From: Flectonema sp. DT1601
Taxonomy: Eukaryota
Direction of reading: 5' to 3'
DNA: 64,000 nucleotides
Assembly (NCBI GenBank): GCA_964019425.1
Contig: OZ025788.1
Coordinates: forward strand, 434,001 to 498,000
Below are positions 1-10,360 of the stretch, piece by piece. The position numbers were made by a program, and so were the translations under genes. Positions within the stretch are counted from its first letter, which is position 1. Each line of letters starts with the position of its first letter. The notes beneath the pieces were generated by a model, which did not search any database, was not told the origin of the DNA, and worked only from the letters and a program-made list of their open reading frames with translations.

Positions 1-2
1 GT

Positions 3-1253
3 TCTCTTGTAGCAGGTTCTGGAGCTGGTGGAGCTCTATCAAAAACAATGGTTATTGCTAATCAAATAAAGTGTACTGATGGTGTCCCCTCAGACGGCCT
101 TCCTTTTATAGTTCATCCTCTGATCTTCGCAATAAAGGGAAACTACTGGGCTGGTGCTGTGATTGGAAATATTTCGTTGTGTCTATTCTCGTATATATTT
201 TTATATTTATTCGTTTTTATTATGAAGCGAAGGAATCCAGACAAAGACATTACCCTGACCATGAGGTATCCTGGAGTCTTGATTCCGGCCTCATTAATTC
301 TGTACCCATCAATCCTGCAGTATTCTGGTCTGCTGTTGATATATTCACACACTGCAGTTATGAAGATCGTGGGGGTATCAGGAATTTCATTTTGTATAAT
401 TTTTATGGCTTTGGTGATGACGATATTCAGATGTAATCATAACAAATGTGCATATCGACAACGTTCGGAGGAGCATTACGCTCCATTCGTTGCCTATGCT
501 CTTGGATGTGGTGCTTGGGAAGCTGTTGATGAGGATGACTACTATGTAGAAAGAATGGGAACCGGTTTCGATATTTATTGTTATATAAAACACTTACGAG
601 GTCACTATATTGTTATTGAATATGGTCCAGTCCCACTCCTGGTAGGAGCGGCATGGATATCAACGAACAATGTGTGGTATTGTACTGTACGGATTTCTGT
701 TTTATTTTTTGCAACGTTTGTTCAATTGATCTACGTATGGAAGTTTAGAGTTTACATTGCCCCCTTACTAACTCATCTACACGTTTTAACAAATTCTTTA
801 ATTAGTTCTGCATTATTATTAGAACTTGTTTCTATTCATGCGTATGGTGAAAGTGATAATTGGGCTGATTCAATAAGTACCAACTTAATGACTGCTAGTG
901 TCAGTTTGGTTCTTTTACGATGTGCTTACGACTGTCTTCAATACGTTGTTGATATTGTATCTGGTTATAAGAGACTAATTATTCAAGAATCACACAATGA
1001 TTCTCCTCAATTTGAAAAAGAAAATGTTAGCTGTACATCAGCAAGTGATATGATGATGCCTTTAATGCCTTTATCTAATCGGCATTCTTCCGAAGCAAGT
1101 AGCCAACCGAATCTTGCGTTTGTTAATATGGAATACAACCTACTACACTGTAAGTTTGGTGACAGTGATAACGAAGGTTGTGAAGTTATTCCTTTTCATA
1201 ACATCCAACCAGTTGATGACATGCCTGGTGGATTCATTAAAGCGTCCCTGTAG
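3..1253 (+). CDS. Multi-pass membrane protein, C-terminal part (5' end lies upstream of the window); resembles the C-terminal TM region of euglenozoan 'membrane-associated protein' families
   Basis: The frame is open from position 3 (SLVAGSGAGGALSKTM...) to TAG at 1251-1253, so ATG 48 is probably internal. There are several hydrophobic helices (WAGAVIGNISLCLFSYIFLYLFVFIM, IVGVSGISFCIIFMALVMTIF, ISVLFFATFVQLIYVW) and an acidic tail. Family resemblance (HPL..I.G...GAVIGN) is from recall only. Confidence 0.75.
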   Translation, partial: SLVAGSGAGGALSKTMVIANQIKCTDGVPSDGLPFIVHPLIFAIKGNYWAGAVIGNISLCLFSYIFLYLFVFIMKRRNPDKDITLTMRYPGVLIPASLILYPSILQYSGLLLIYSHTAVMKIVGVSGISFCIIFMALVMTIFRCNHNKCAYRQRSEEHYAPFVAYALGCGAWEAVDEDDYYVERMGTGFDIYCYIKHLRGHYIVIEYGPVPLLVGAAWISTNNVWYCTVRISVLFFATFVQLIYVWKFRVYIAPLLTHLHVLTNSLISSALLLELVSIHAYGESDNWADSISTNLMTASVSLVLLRCAYDCLQYVVDIVSGYKRLIIQESHNDSPQFEKENVSCTSASDMMMPLMPLSNRHSSEASSQPNLAFVNMEYNLLHCKFGDSDNEGCEVIPFHNIQPVDDMPGGFIKASL

Positions 1254-2069
1254 AAAATGTATCGGTCTACTTTTTTTTTTGCGACTAAATTTCCACTAAT
1301 TTTTTTCAATCGAGGCGGCATTATAATGTGCCGCATCACTCGGTTCATTTCTGTCTAAAATTCTGGGAGGTTGGAGAACATCGAACAAAAAGCTATTACA
1401 GAGTACGAGCATGTGTAGGTGAAATATACTACGTTCATGATCAGATCATCATCGCAGTTAGTGTTAGTGAAGGAGCTCTCAGACTCGAAGGAAGTGCTAT
1501 CCTGTTCTTCAGATAAAGGCAAAATTATCTCCCGCGGGGAGGTTCTCTAGGAGCTGCAACAGTTTTCTAACGCAATTGCTAGCATGAGAAGAACTGGGTC
1601 AAAGGCACACTTGGGAAGGAGGAAAAAAGAAAGTTGAAAAGGAATAAACTATAAAACTGGGGCTGTTTTTTACTCAGATTATCTCGATCGTTCCATTCCA
1701 GGTCCGGGATTAATATTTATCATTGAGTAGGAAATCCTGCAAGGAGAGGTTAATATCCCTTTAGTGTCACTAAATATGTGTAAATTGCATCCCTATGCTT
1801 ATTTTGAACAACCGAACCCTCCCCGATTCCAAAAAAGAAATCATGATGTGTTTACTCCAGGTGGTGCGTTTTTTTGGTCACAAAAATAATTTTGACTGAT
1901 GTATATTTATTTTTTTTCTTCTGATCAAATTTTATCAAAAAAAAATAAAAAAATATTCCCCTCTTTTATTGATAAAATAAATAAATAAATCTGTATAAGT
2001 TCCTTTAATACGATTTTTATTTTATATTTTACTCTCTCTCTCTCTTGGCTTCTTAAGGAAAATTTACGC

Positions 2070-2440
2070 TTGCGGTGAAAAGCATATTGTAGTCTGCTCC
2101 AGTGGTGGCCTGAGATCAAGGGAGGCACACTGGCTTACATTCGACGCAGTCTCTGCAATCCCTGATCCTGGCTTGCGTGTTGTCTAGACTTGGCTGAATT
2201 CAAAGTTGACTACAAGCCAAAGACATGGTTCTGGATATATCTTAATTAGTACCCTCTATGGTGTGGTGTATCATCTGTGCATGTCACTGGAGCCCTAGTC
2301 GATGCGGACACATTTTTTATACAGGGGCTCGTCATAGAGGCAAGAGAGTAGAGCTACGTTGCCTGTGGGGCAGCAGCGTGCACCGAAGCCAAGGATGCAG
2401 GATGGACTCCTCGACCGGGGAAATGTACACCTTTCCCCTT
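2070..2440 (+). mobile_element. Possible decayed retroviral/LTR-type integrase fragment
   Basis: GC-richer patch with three motif-like pieces in the expected order but broken by stops and frameshifts. R*KAYCSLLQWWPEIKGGTLAYIRRSLC (~2073-2157) resembles the integrase Zn-binding consensus K.Y..L..YWWP.M...V..YV..C..C. FKVDYKP / GSGYILI (~2198-2250) resembles the start of the core. APKPRMQDGLLDRGNVHL (~2380-2433) resembles P..PQ.NG..ER.N..L. Confidence 0.3.
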
Positions 2441-2636
2441 CGAAGCCTCGTATCGTAAAATAAAACGACGGTTTTAGATGCAAAAGCAGATACGGATTTT
2501 CACTTGTGGGTCTTTTCTTTGCCTCTCGCTTCGCTCGTGAGGTAAACACACTCGAGTGGGTAAAAACCCTGAAATTCAGGCTATCTGATCTTCGTCTAGT
2601 AGTTATTAGTTTTTTCGAACGAAAAAACTTGCGAAC

Positions 2637-2667
<31 letters not shown>

Positions 2668-4842
2668 GTCAGGTATTCTTTGGTGTGTTTCATAAGTTTT
2701 TTGCTTGTTTTGCGGGTGCGTTCCATTTTTTATTCTTCTTTTTTCCCTTGTCATCTATTTTTCCCAACTGCATAAAAAGAATATTAACAAGGCATTGTGA
2801 TTTAACTATCACTCATTATCTATTTGAGAATATTTTTGGTAGTCAGTTGCGGAATGAGGTACCCAGAACTCACTGATGAAATCAAGGAGATAATTTAGAA
2901 AAAAATATGGAACAGCAGCAATATTTTCTTTTATTTTTGTTGCACCCGACACAAGTCAGTTAGCAGAGCTATTCGAATAAACGACGAAGCTTTATTATAT
3001 GTTTATTTCTCCGTGCGTCAGTGTTGCTGTCATGTGATCAACAGATCATAATAAGTTGTTTGTGTAGATTCCTTTTATTGCAAAAAAGAACATTTTTACT
3101 TATTTCTTTCTTTGCAACGTATTTTAGAAAACGCTTCGCTGACAAAAAAAAAAACCAAAAAAAAAAAAAAAAGAAGCCTTTTAGTTAGGTAGTCGTAGCC
3201 ATACTTATTCGGTTTTGTATTATTCATACTTGTACCCCTTTAAAAGGATTCGATCGTTATGATATATTCTTTCCCCTCTTTTACTTACATATAATTACAG
3301 CAAATTACTTCTCTTTAATAACAAAAAGGTTAGGTTTACAGCATGTCGCTCAACCTGCAGTACGCGGCACATTCAAAGACGGGATTAAGATTTAACCGAT
3401 TCCTTTAGTCTTTTTATATGGCAACCGTGGGTTGACCGAACCTTTTTTAGTTTAAACAGTTTTAAATTGCTTTTTTTTTAGACTGCAATCAAATTCCCTC
3501 TCTTTTTATTTCATGAGAGTGAGATCCCCAGGGAGTAGGGAAAAAAAAAAAGAAGGGATCCCTTTGCTCATTTATTTTTCTTATTCGTTCGTTGGTTCGT
3601 TTTTTTTTCTCTTTTTTTTCCCCGCACTGAAAATATCTAATTAGGGTTGTTACGTAAACGATGCGGATTCAGAGGATGAGAAAATTATTTAGTGTGTATG
3701 TGTGTGTTTTTTGCGCAAAAATCCGTTTAATAATTTCATTCATGAGCAGGTGTTCGACCGATTATTTTCTTTTTTCTTTTGGTTTAAGTCTTCTGACTTT
3801 TTTAACTCAAGAAATCAACGAATTCGGAAAAACTGCAGGCTCCTTCGCTAATTGTTTCGTAGCTTCTTATTAGCATTTCTTCTTGTGCATCTTCCTCTCC
3901 TTATTTTTCTGCCGAACGTTTTTAGTTTTGTTTTCCTCCTCCTTTTTGTACAAGACCTCAGAGGAAGTATCAAATTACCTTTCCAAGGGGCTATATTGGC
4001 GAAATTAGTTCTTGCCATGCGTGCTTTTTGAATTTTTTGATCCGAGAGGAAACAAAAAAAAAAAGAAGATTGGGTTTAACTTATTCCATTATCTCAACCA
4101 GCATGTTTTCCGTTTATCACATTTGTGATTACAAACGGAGATGATATAAGACTCGTTCTGTTGAGAAGCTTTACTGCTCTCATTGCATACACTTAAGCAA
4201 AGTGTTTGGTTGTTCAGATGTTACGGAATTGAATGATTGAGTATATTCGCTCTCTGAGAATCGATTATTCGTTTTCCTTTTCATACCTCTTTTTTGTCCC
4301 CCCCCCTTTTTTTTTTGCTTCTCGTTTTTTTCTTTAATCAATTTACGTTTCCCTTTTATTTTGTTTCTTCTCGCTGGTGGAAGTCTTGGTGTTCAGTAGT
4401 TAGTGAACATTTCTTTAATTCAGCTTTCCTAATTCTGATTTGTGTACTTGAATTCGATATTCTGTCGACCGTCTCGGTGTTTATCCTTTGTGGGCTTTTA
4501 CTCCCTCAGAGAAAAGTAGGGGAAAAAAAAGATTTCGTCCCCTTTTTTTTCCCTTTTAATTTAGAGAGGCTCAGCGTATTGTTTCATTTCATCTATCCAC
4601 GTTCCCTCCCTCCCAAACCTTTTGCAAACTTATATTGATAGGCTCATCCCTGAGGGGTATGAGCCTTATTGTAATGTGATAAGGTTCGTGAAGAACCTTA
4701 TTGTTATCTTGCTCTATTTTTTCCTTTAACTTGCTGGATTGATCTCGCACAATCAACAGCAGCACTACATGCCACGTATCCCTACAGTAAACTGTTTCTT
4801 AGTAATAACTGTGGCAGTGAAACAAACAACAAAGAATGAATC

Positions 4843-5226
4843 GTTCTTAAAAGTGAGCTTCAAGCTTCAATAGTAGGATATGTTTTATAAATAAAATAAA
4901 CTTCTAGGAGGAGTTCTCTGATAAACTCTGTGAAGATATATTTTTTTATTCTTTTTTTTTGCAACCTCTCTATAACAAGAAAGAAAGAGTTCTTATCTTC
5001 ACACTGATCAGTGATCATCCTACTGGATCCACGAATGACCCCACAGGAAACTATATTAACTAATACAACTGTTGCAGTAACAACAAACGGCAATGGTGGT
5101 AAATGATGGGAAAAACGACCTCCACGAGCAGTTCTTAAAAGTGAACTTGAGAAGGTCGATATGGTAGGGTGTTTTTATGACTAAAAGTAAACTTCTAAAA
5201 GGAGTTCTATGATAAACTTTGTGAGA
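4843..5226. repeat. Diverged ~95-bp direct repeat pair (about 4843-4936 and 5131-5226)
   Basis: GTTCTTAAAAGTGAGCTT...TAAACTTCTAGGAGGAGTTCTCTGATAAACTCTGTGA versus GTTCTTAAAAGTGAACTT...TAAACTTCTAAAAGGAGTTCTATGATAAACTTTGTGA. Confidence 0.7.
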
Positions 5227-6862
5227 TCACAAGCCAGTTATCCCTGTGGTATTTTTTGTGTCACCTTGGCTTCATCCCTCGCGAACATGAAGCAAGCTTT
5301 AGACCTTGCTTTCACATCGTCGGTATTGAATATCGTAAAATGGTGCAGCAAGGCAATTACTGGGCAAAGTTAGAACTGGTGGACACAACTTTTGGCATCC
5401 AAACTGATTCTTGGCTTTTTATTTTAATTCGATGGACAAAAAAAAGAAGACGCGTCCGGAATTGAGCCTGGTCTGTAGCAAAGGTTAGTTTGTCCATATT
5501 TCTTTTTTTGCAACCTTTGTAAGAAAAAAAAGCGTTGCTGTGATTTTTATCTTGAGCGGATTCGCAATGACTCACAATGTCATTTCTATTTGTTTTTTCT
5601 TGTTCTTTTTCCTCCCTTATTTTTAACGATGTTTATAATAAATAACGTTTTCTTTATTTTTTGTTTAAACTTTATATTGTGATTTACATCACCCTGGTTG
5701 CGAAATGCATTACTGGATGAGCACAATTTCCTGCCATCCGTTCATCACTGCTTTTTCTGATGCCAATCTCAATGCGTGTCATAATATACACAAGCGAACT
5801 TTGAGTGTCATCTTTTTTGATTTTCTTAAAGAGATGTCTCAGAGATTCCTGTGAGATACATACATAGAGAATATGAATTAATTATTGTTACGTGAATCAT
5901 AATATTATAGAAGATTTTTGTACCAATTAATAAATAAATATTCGGATTGAATTCCAACTGAAAAATAATAGCAAAATAACTATACTAGCATGTGTTTTCT
6001 TCCCGATATGCAGGGTAAGTTATAAATACTCATTAACTTGTCGTATATCGTTTAACGCGTACATACAGTCAAAACGTTGTGTCATCGATCCTTCTTTATT
6101 TTTCCAATTCCCCATTCCGCTAACGTATAATCTCTAAATTGATAATTGTCCATCAATTTAAAACGATGATCCTAAACTGAACAAATGATGCGACACGCAC
6201 TCTTTATGTTTGTTTTATGTGAAAGTCGTGTTTTTTTATTGCGTGAATGGCTTCAGCTTCTTTTTTCCCCTTTCCCTTCTCCTTTTTCTTGTATCAGGCG
6301 TAGTTTATATCTAACTATGAGAACATATGATTGTCTCGATTGGGCATTCTATTTTCATAATTACGTCTCTACTACTTGTTCCTTTGTTGGTTCTAGTTAC
6401 GGTGAGAGTAGCGTACAAGTGAAGATATTGCTAATGTAGTTTAGTAATCTTTCGCCCAATGTTATTAGTTAGTTTTTTTTCTGCTAGTAGTACATATTCT
6501 TATTGGTACAGTTTCCAATGGAAAACAATCCCGAATGTAGCGACCGGTATTCTTAACTCTGTCAACAGAAAACATGAATTAATAAATTCTGACCTTCTTG
6601 GTTTGATTTCTTTTGTGTTTCGGTCATAGTTACTGGTGTCGTCTGCGATTCCTCTTCGAACACTTGTGTCGTGTCTTTGGTCATCATTTTTCAATAAATA
6701 TTTCTCTCTTTTTTTGAAATTCTACAGTTATTATATTATGTTGTATCAGATTTAACTTTTATCCCTCCCATCAGAACTCCGACACATGATTCTTTAAAGC
6801 AACTAAACATTAAGAATGGATCGGTACAACTTATTTATTAATTGTGATAACTGAATGACAAA

Positions 6863-6883
6863 TACTAACATAATTCGCTACAG
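6863..6883 (+). promoter_or_regulatory. Branch-point-like TACTAAC followed by a CAG acceptor just upstream of the SPX-kinase start codon
   Basis: TACTAAC at 6863-6869, CAG ending at 6883, ATG at 6896. Confidence 0.45.
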
Positions 6884-6895
6884 AAAAGTATAACA

Positions 6896-8578
6896 ATGAG
6901 ATTTGGAGAACGTCTTCAAGAAGCAAGCAAAGGAATTGGTGAGAGAGACGTTGAACTTGAAAAGAGTGTTTTGGATTACAGTAATTTGAAAAAGACATTA
7001 CGTGGATGTGTTGAGGTCTGGAAGAACACAGACAAATCAACAGCTGACACCTCAAGCGAAGAATCGACAAATGATCCATTCTGGAACGAACTACTCTGTG
7101 AACTAAAGAAGCTAGACGCGTTTTATGATTCTCGGATGGTTACCCTTCTTAGTAAGTATAATAAATTAGAACAGAGAGTTGATTCTCCAACATCAAGTCC
7201 AGGACAGTTGAGACAAGAATTGAAAAGGTTACAAAAATGGGTCGAATTAAACCACGTTGCGCTCGTTAAAATTCACAAAAAGTACATTAAAAACGCAAAA
7301 AAACACCAACAACAATACTCTGAAGAAGAAGGAAAACTCCCAGTGATATTCAAAAGACAATTCTTTGAAGGTGATAATAAGTTAGCCAGATTAGTAAATC
7401 AAGTCGATGCTCTATACGCAGCAATGTCATTCGATAAGAAGTGTAACATATGTCAATGTACATCCCCATGCGATAAATTAGAATGCCAAAGCCTACTAAC
7501 TATTATTACTGATGTATGTCATGGTCTTGTCCCTGGTTGGGAAGAATCTGATTTAGTAATTAGAATATTAACAGGTGGGTTATCAAATAGATTATACACA
7601 GCGCACCCATCAGGTTCTTCTAACGACAAAGTCGTAGTCAGGATACTCGGATCTGGAGACATCGTCGATCGCAAACAAGAAAAAATAGTTTCAAAAGCTC
7701 TATCACAACGCGGGATAGGACCTAAGATTTTTGGTGAATTTCCCGAAGGGAGAGTTGAGGAATTCGTTTCTGGACTAGCCCTCAGATTTTATCATTTGTG
7801 TAAGGAGCACGTACTTACTGAGGTCAGTAGAAAACTTGCTGACTTTCACAAAATTGATATTGATGAATCGATTCCTCGCACTCCGGCAACATTTTCAATG
7901 GCAAGAAGATACTTAGCTTCTGCTGCTAAGGTTAGCTTTACGAATGGAGAAACTCAAGTAGTTCCTGGTACAAGTAATATCTCAAAGAAAGTCTTACTGG
8001 AAGACGTGGCATTTTCACAGGAGCAACTCACAAAAGAAATTGATTGGCTTGAGGAGCTCGCATCAAACTTCACAGTTAGTAAAATTGGATTCTGTCACTG
8101 CGATGTTCAAGAAGGAAATATTCTCGCTGATGATCCGAAATCTGAAGTTCCGGTCATTACGTTAATCGATTTTGAGTATGCTCGATATGACTATGAGGCT
8201 TTTGATATTGGAAATTTCTTTTGTGAAACGTACCTTGATAACTTCTTCCCTGAGTATCCATATTTCAGATGTCATCCACAACTGTTATTATCAGATGAGT
8301 TACAACGACTATTCCTAACAACTTATCTAACTCATCGTAACAATGGAGAACAACCTTCCAGTGAGACCGTCACAGCATTCCAACGTGAAACAGGAGTTAT
8401 GATGATGGCATCTCACTTGTTATGGTGTTTATGGTCAATGATTCAAGCCAATGCTTCAGATATAGAATTCTGTTATCTATCGTATGCGAGAATCAGACTT
8501 GCAGAATACTTTCGAATGAAGGAAGTATTCTTAGCTAGTGAAGAAAAACGAGGTGATTCCCCATGTAGAAAAAGTTAG
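6896..8578 (+). CDS. SPX domain fused to a choline/ethanolamine kinase (560 aa)
   Basis: The N-terminus follows the SPX consensus: MRFGERL...LDYSNLKK...ELKKLDAFY...WVELNHVALVKIHKKYIK. The C-terminal part has choline kinase motifs: LTGGLSNRLY, GIGPKIFGEFPEGRVEEF, Brenner motif CHCDVQEGNIL, LIDFEYARYDYEAFDIGNFFCE, SHLLWCLWSMIQ. Confidence 0.92.
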   Translation: MRFGERLQEASKGIGERDVELEKSVLDYSNLKKTLRGCVEVWKNTDKSTADTSSEESTNDPFWNELLCELKKLDAFYDSRMVTLLSKYNKLEQRVDSPTSSPGQLRQELKRLQKWVELNHVALVKIHKKYIKNAKKHQQQYSEEEGKLPVIFKRQFFEGDNKLARLVNQVDALYAAMSFDKKCNICQCTSPCDKLECQSLLTIITDVCHGLVPGWEESDLVIRILTGGLSNRLYTAHPSGSSNDKVVVRILGSGDIVDRKQEKIVSKALSQRGIGPKIFGEFPEGRVEEFVSGLALRFYHLCKEHVLTEVSRKLADFHKIDIDESIPRTPATFSMARRYLASAAKVSFTNGETQVVPGTSNISKKVLLEDVAFSQEQLTKEIDWLEELASNFTVSKIGFCHCDVQEGNILADDPKSEVPVITLIDFEYARYDYEAFDIGNFFCETYLDNFFPEYPYFRCHPQLLLSDELQRLFLTTYLTHRNNGEQPSSETVTAFQRETGVMMMASHLLWCLWSMIQANASDIEFCYLSYARIRLAEYFRMKEVFLASEEKRGDSPCRKS

Positions 8579-9973
8579 TTAAAGAAAGGAATGATATTCA
8601 ATCAATGTTTTTTTTTTTGCTTCTCTCATCTGAGTGATTTAAGTGTCAGTTTTGTTTCGTTTATATGGCTCACTGTTTTTTTTTATTCTTCCCTTTGTTT
8701 TGTCTCCTTTTCCGCAATGAGAAAAAGAAGTTTTTTTTAATTTTTTTTTTTTTTTTTTTGTGTCAAAAAAAAAAAAACAAAGTAGAAACACACTTATAGA
8801 AAGAAAATATTTCGTTCTCAAATTATTACATCGCCAGCTTCCAGCGGACACTGGGAAACGAAATTGTTCTCCGCTGCTGAGGCCTGTAATTGTTTGTTGA
8901 TCTGCGTGTGAAATTAGTTAAAGAAGTGGAGTACCGATACGTGAAAGGTAAGTTTCAAATCAAAGAGAAAAAGGAAAAGGAAAACAAACGAGTGCAATCA
9001 GCTTGTTTTTTACCAAAACAAGTTGTCGGAGTTTTAAAAAAAAAATGTTGGTAACTAACATCGATTGTATGGTTTTAAAGCAGCCAATTCTTTTTGAATT
9101 CCAACATCGAATGCACACTCCGCGCCTTACCTTGACATTGGGCGACTCGCTTAAATGTCAACCAGGCATACCATCTGACATATTGAGGACAGACATGGTG
9201 TCAATATTATTATATTTGCTTTGTCTTCTCCTAAATATGGGGTCAGAATAGACTCATTAAACGAGCGATCCAAAGGCTCTCCGTCACATTGAGTTCCTCA
9301 CGTATTTCACTGATGGATACAGACGTGTTGTGTCGTTTCTTTAACTTAGCTTCCTTTGTATTATTATATTACAATGTTTTCTAGCCCTTTTTTTTTTTTT
9401 TTTGCTGTGGAAGCAAATCGAAAAGATATTTCTTGCCTCGCTCATTGCAGCCCTGCTTTACAATTAGTGATTGCCATTACTATTCTTCAGACACAGAGAC
9501 TAGCTGTTTTATTAACAGAAGTCTTGATTGTGTTTTGTAGTCAAATTTAGTCAACTGTTGTGAGTTTTGGTTAGCTATTCAGGCTCGGTAGCTAAGTTTG
9601 CTATTTACTCGGTCTGTTGCAAGTGTTAGCATCTCTTCTAAGAAAAAAAAAAGAAAAAAACTTCTCACTTAACTATTCCTGCTTGTTTTAGGAATTGTTT
9701 TGTATGCTATAAAAGTGCATTCTCCTTTAAAAAAAGTCTGTCGTGTGGCTCAACCTCTTCAACTTCCTTCCTTACTTTCTTCGCTGAAGGGTTGATTCCA
9801 TTATGTGTTTGACGTCCTTATGATTTATTGATTGTAAGCTGTAGGTGCACTGCAATCTATTGTTGCTGTTGTGCTTGAAGTCAGGGTGTGGTATCAAAAA
9901 AAGTTCTTGGTAACAAGACTTATCACATTGCAATGTAGTTACATTATCCTATCAGTCACTTACACGTTACAAG

Positions 9974-10132
9974 ATGGCAGGAAAGGCTCCACCACCGCCT
10001 CCGAAACCTGCAGCTGCAGTACATCCGAATGCATCATTGTGGTCTAATCCAACATATCTTGAGGGGTATGCGAAATCAATTACTCAAATACGACAAGTCT
10101 TACTTAGCAATCATTCTGCTGCTAAGAAGTAG
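9974..10132 (+). CDS. Candidate 52-aa microprotein MAGKAPPPPPKPAAAVHPNASLWSNPTYLEGYAKSITQIRQVLLSNHSAAKK
   Basis: ATG 9974 to TAG 10130-10132, below the ORF-track cutoff. Composition is coding-like compared with the T-rich flanks, it is co-oriented with its neighbours, and there is a CAG about 20 nt upstream. Confidence 0.5.
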   Translation: MAGKAPPPPPKPAAAVHPNASLWSNPTYLEGYAKSITQIRQVLLSNHSAAKK

Positions 10133-10360
10133 TTTCTGATCCAGATGGGTGACTGTTATCAAAAACATTACACAACTGTATAATGGTGATAACTTCTAGG
10201 GCTTGAGGAATCAACTAGCAAAGTCACTGCTTTCTCTTGTAGGTAATGTCCGATAAGAATTCTACACATCGGTGGGTCGTCATTGCCTTTCCAGATTGAG
10301 TGGATAGTATTGTTGTTATTATTTAGTTCTTTCTACCAGACTACCACGAACCCGCAAAAA

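Noticed and set aside
3322..3448. Imperfect inverted repeat AAAAAGGTTAGGT / ACCGAACCTTTTT as a possible MITE
   Set aside because: Short, partly homopolymeric, no clear target-site duplication, single copy in the window
1300..6800. Many 60-114 aa F/L/K-rich ORFs here and at 58400-61700
   Set aside because: Translations of poly-T/poly-A spacer DNA without coding character
10283..10360. Signal-peptide-like N-terminus of FdhA in the ORF track
   Set aside because: It begins at TTG and spans the T-rich acceptor region; ATG 10361 is the plausible start
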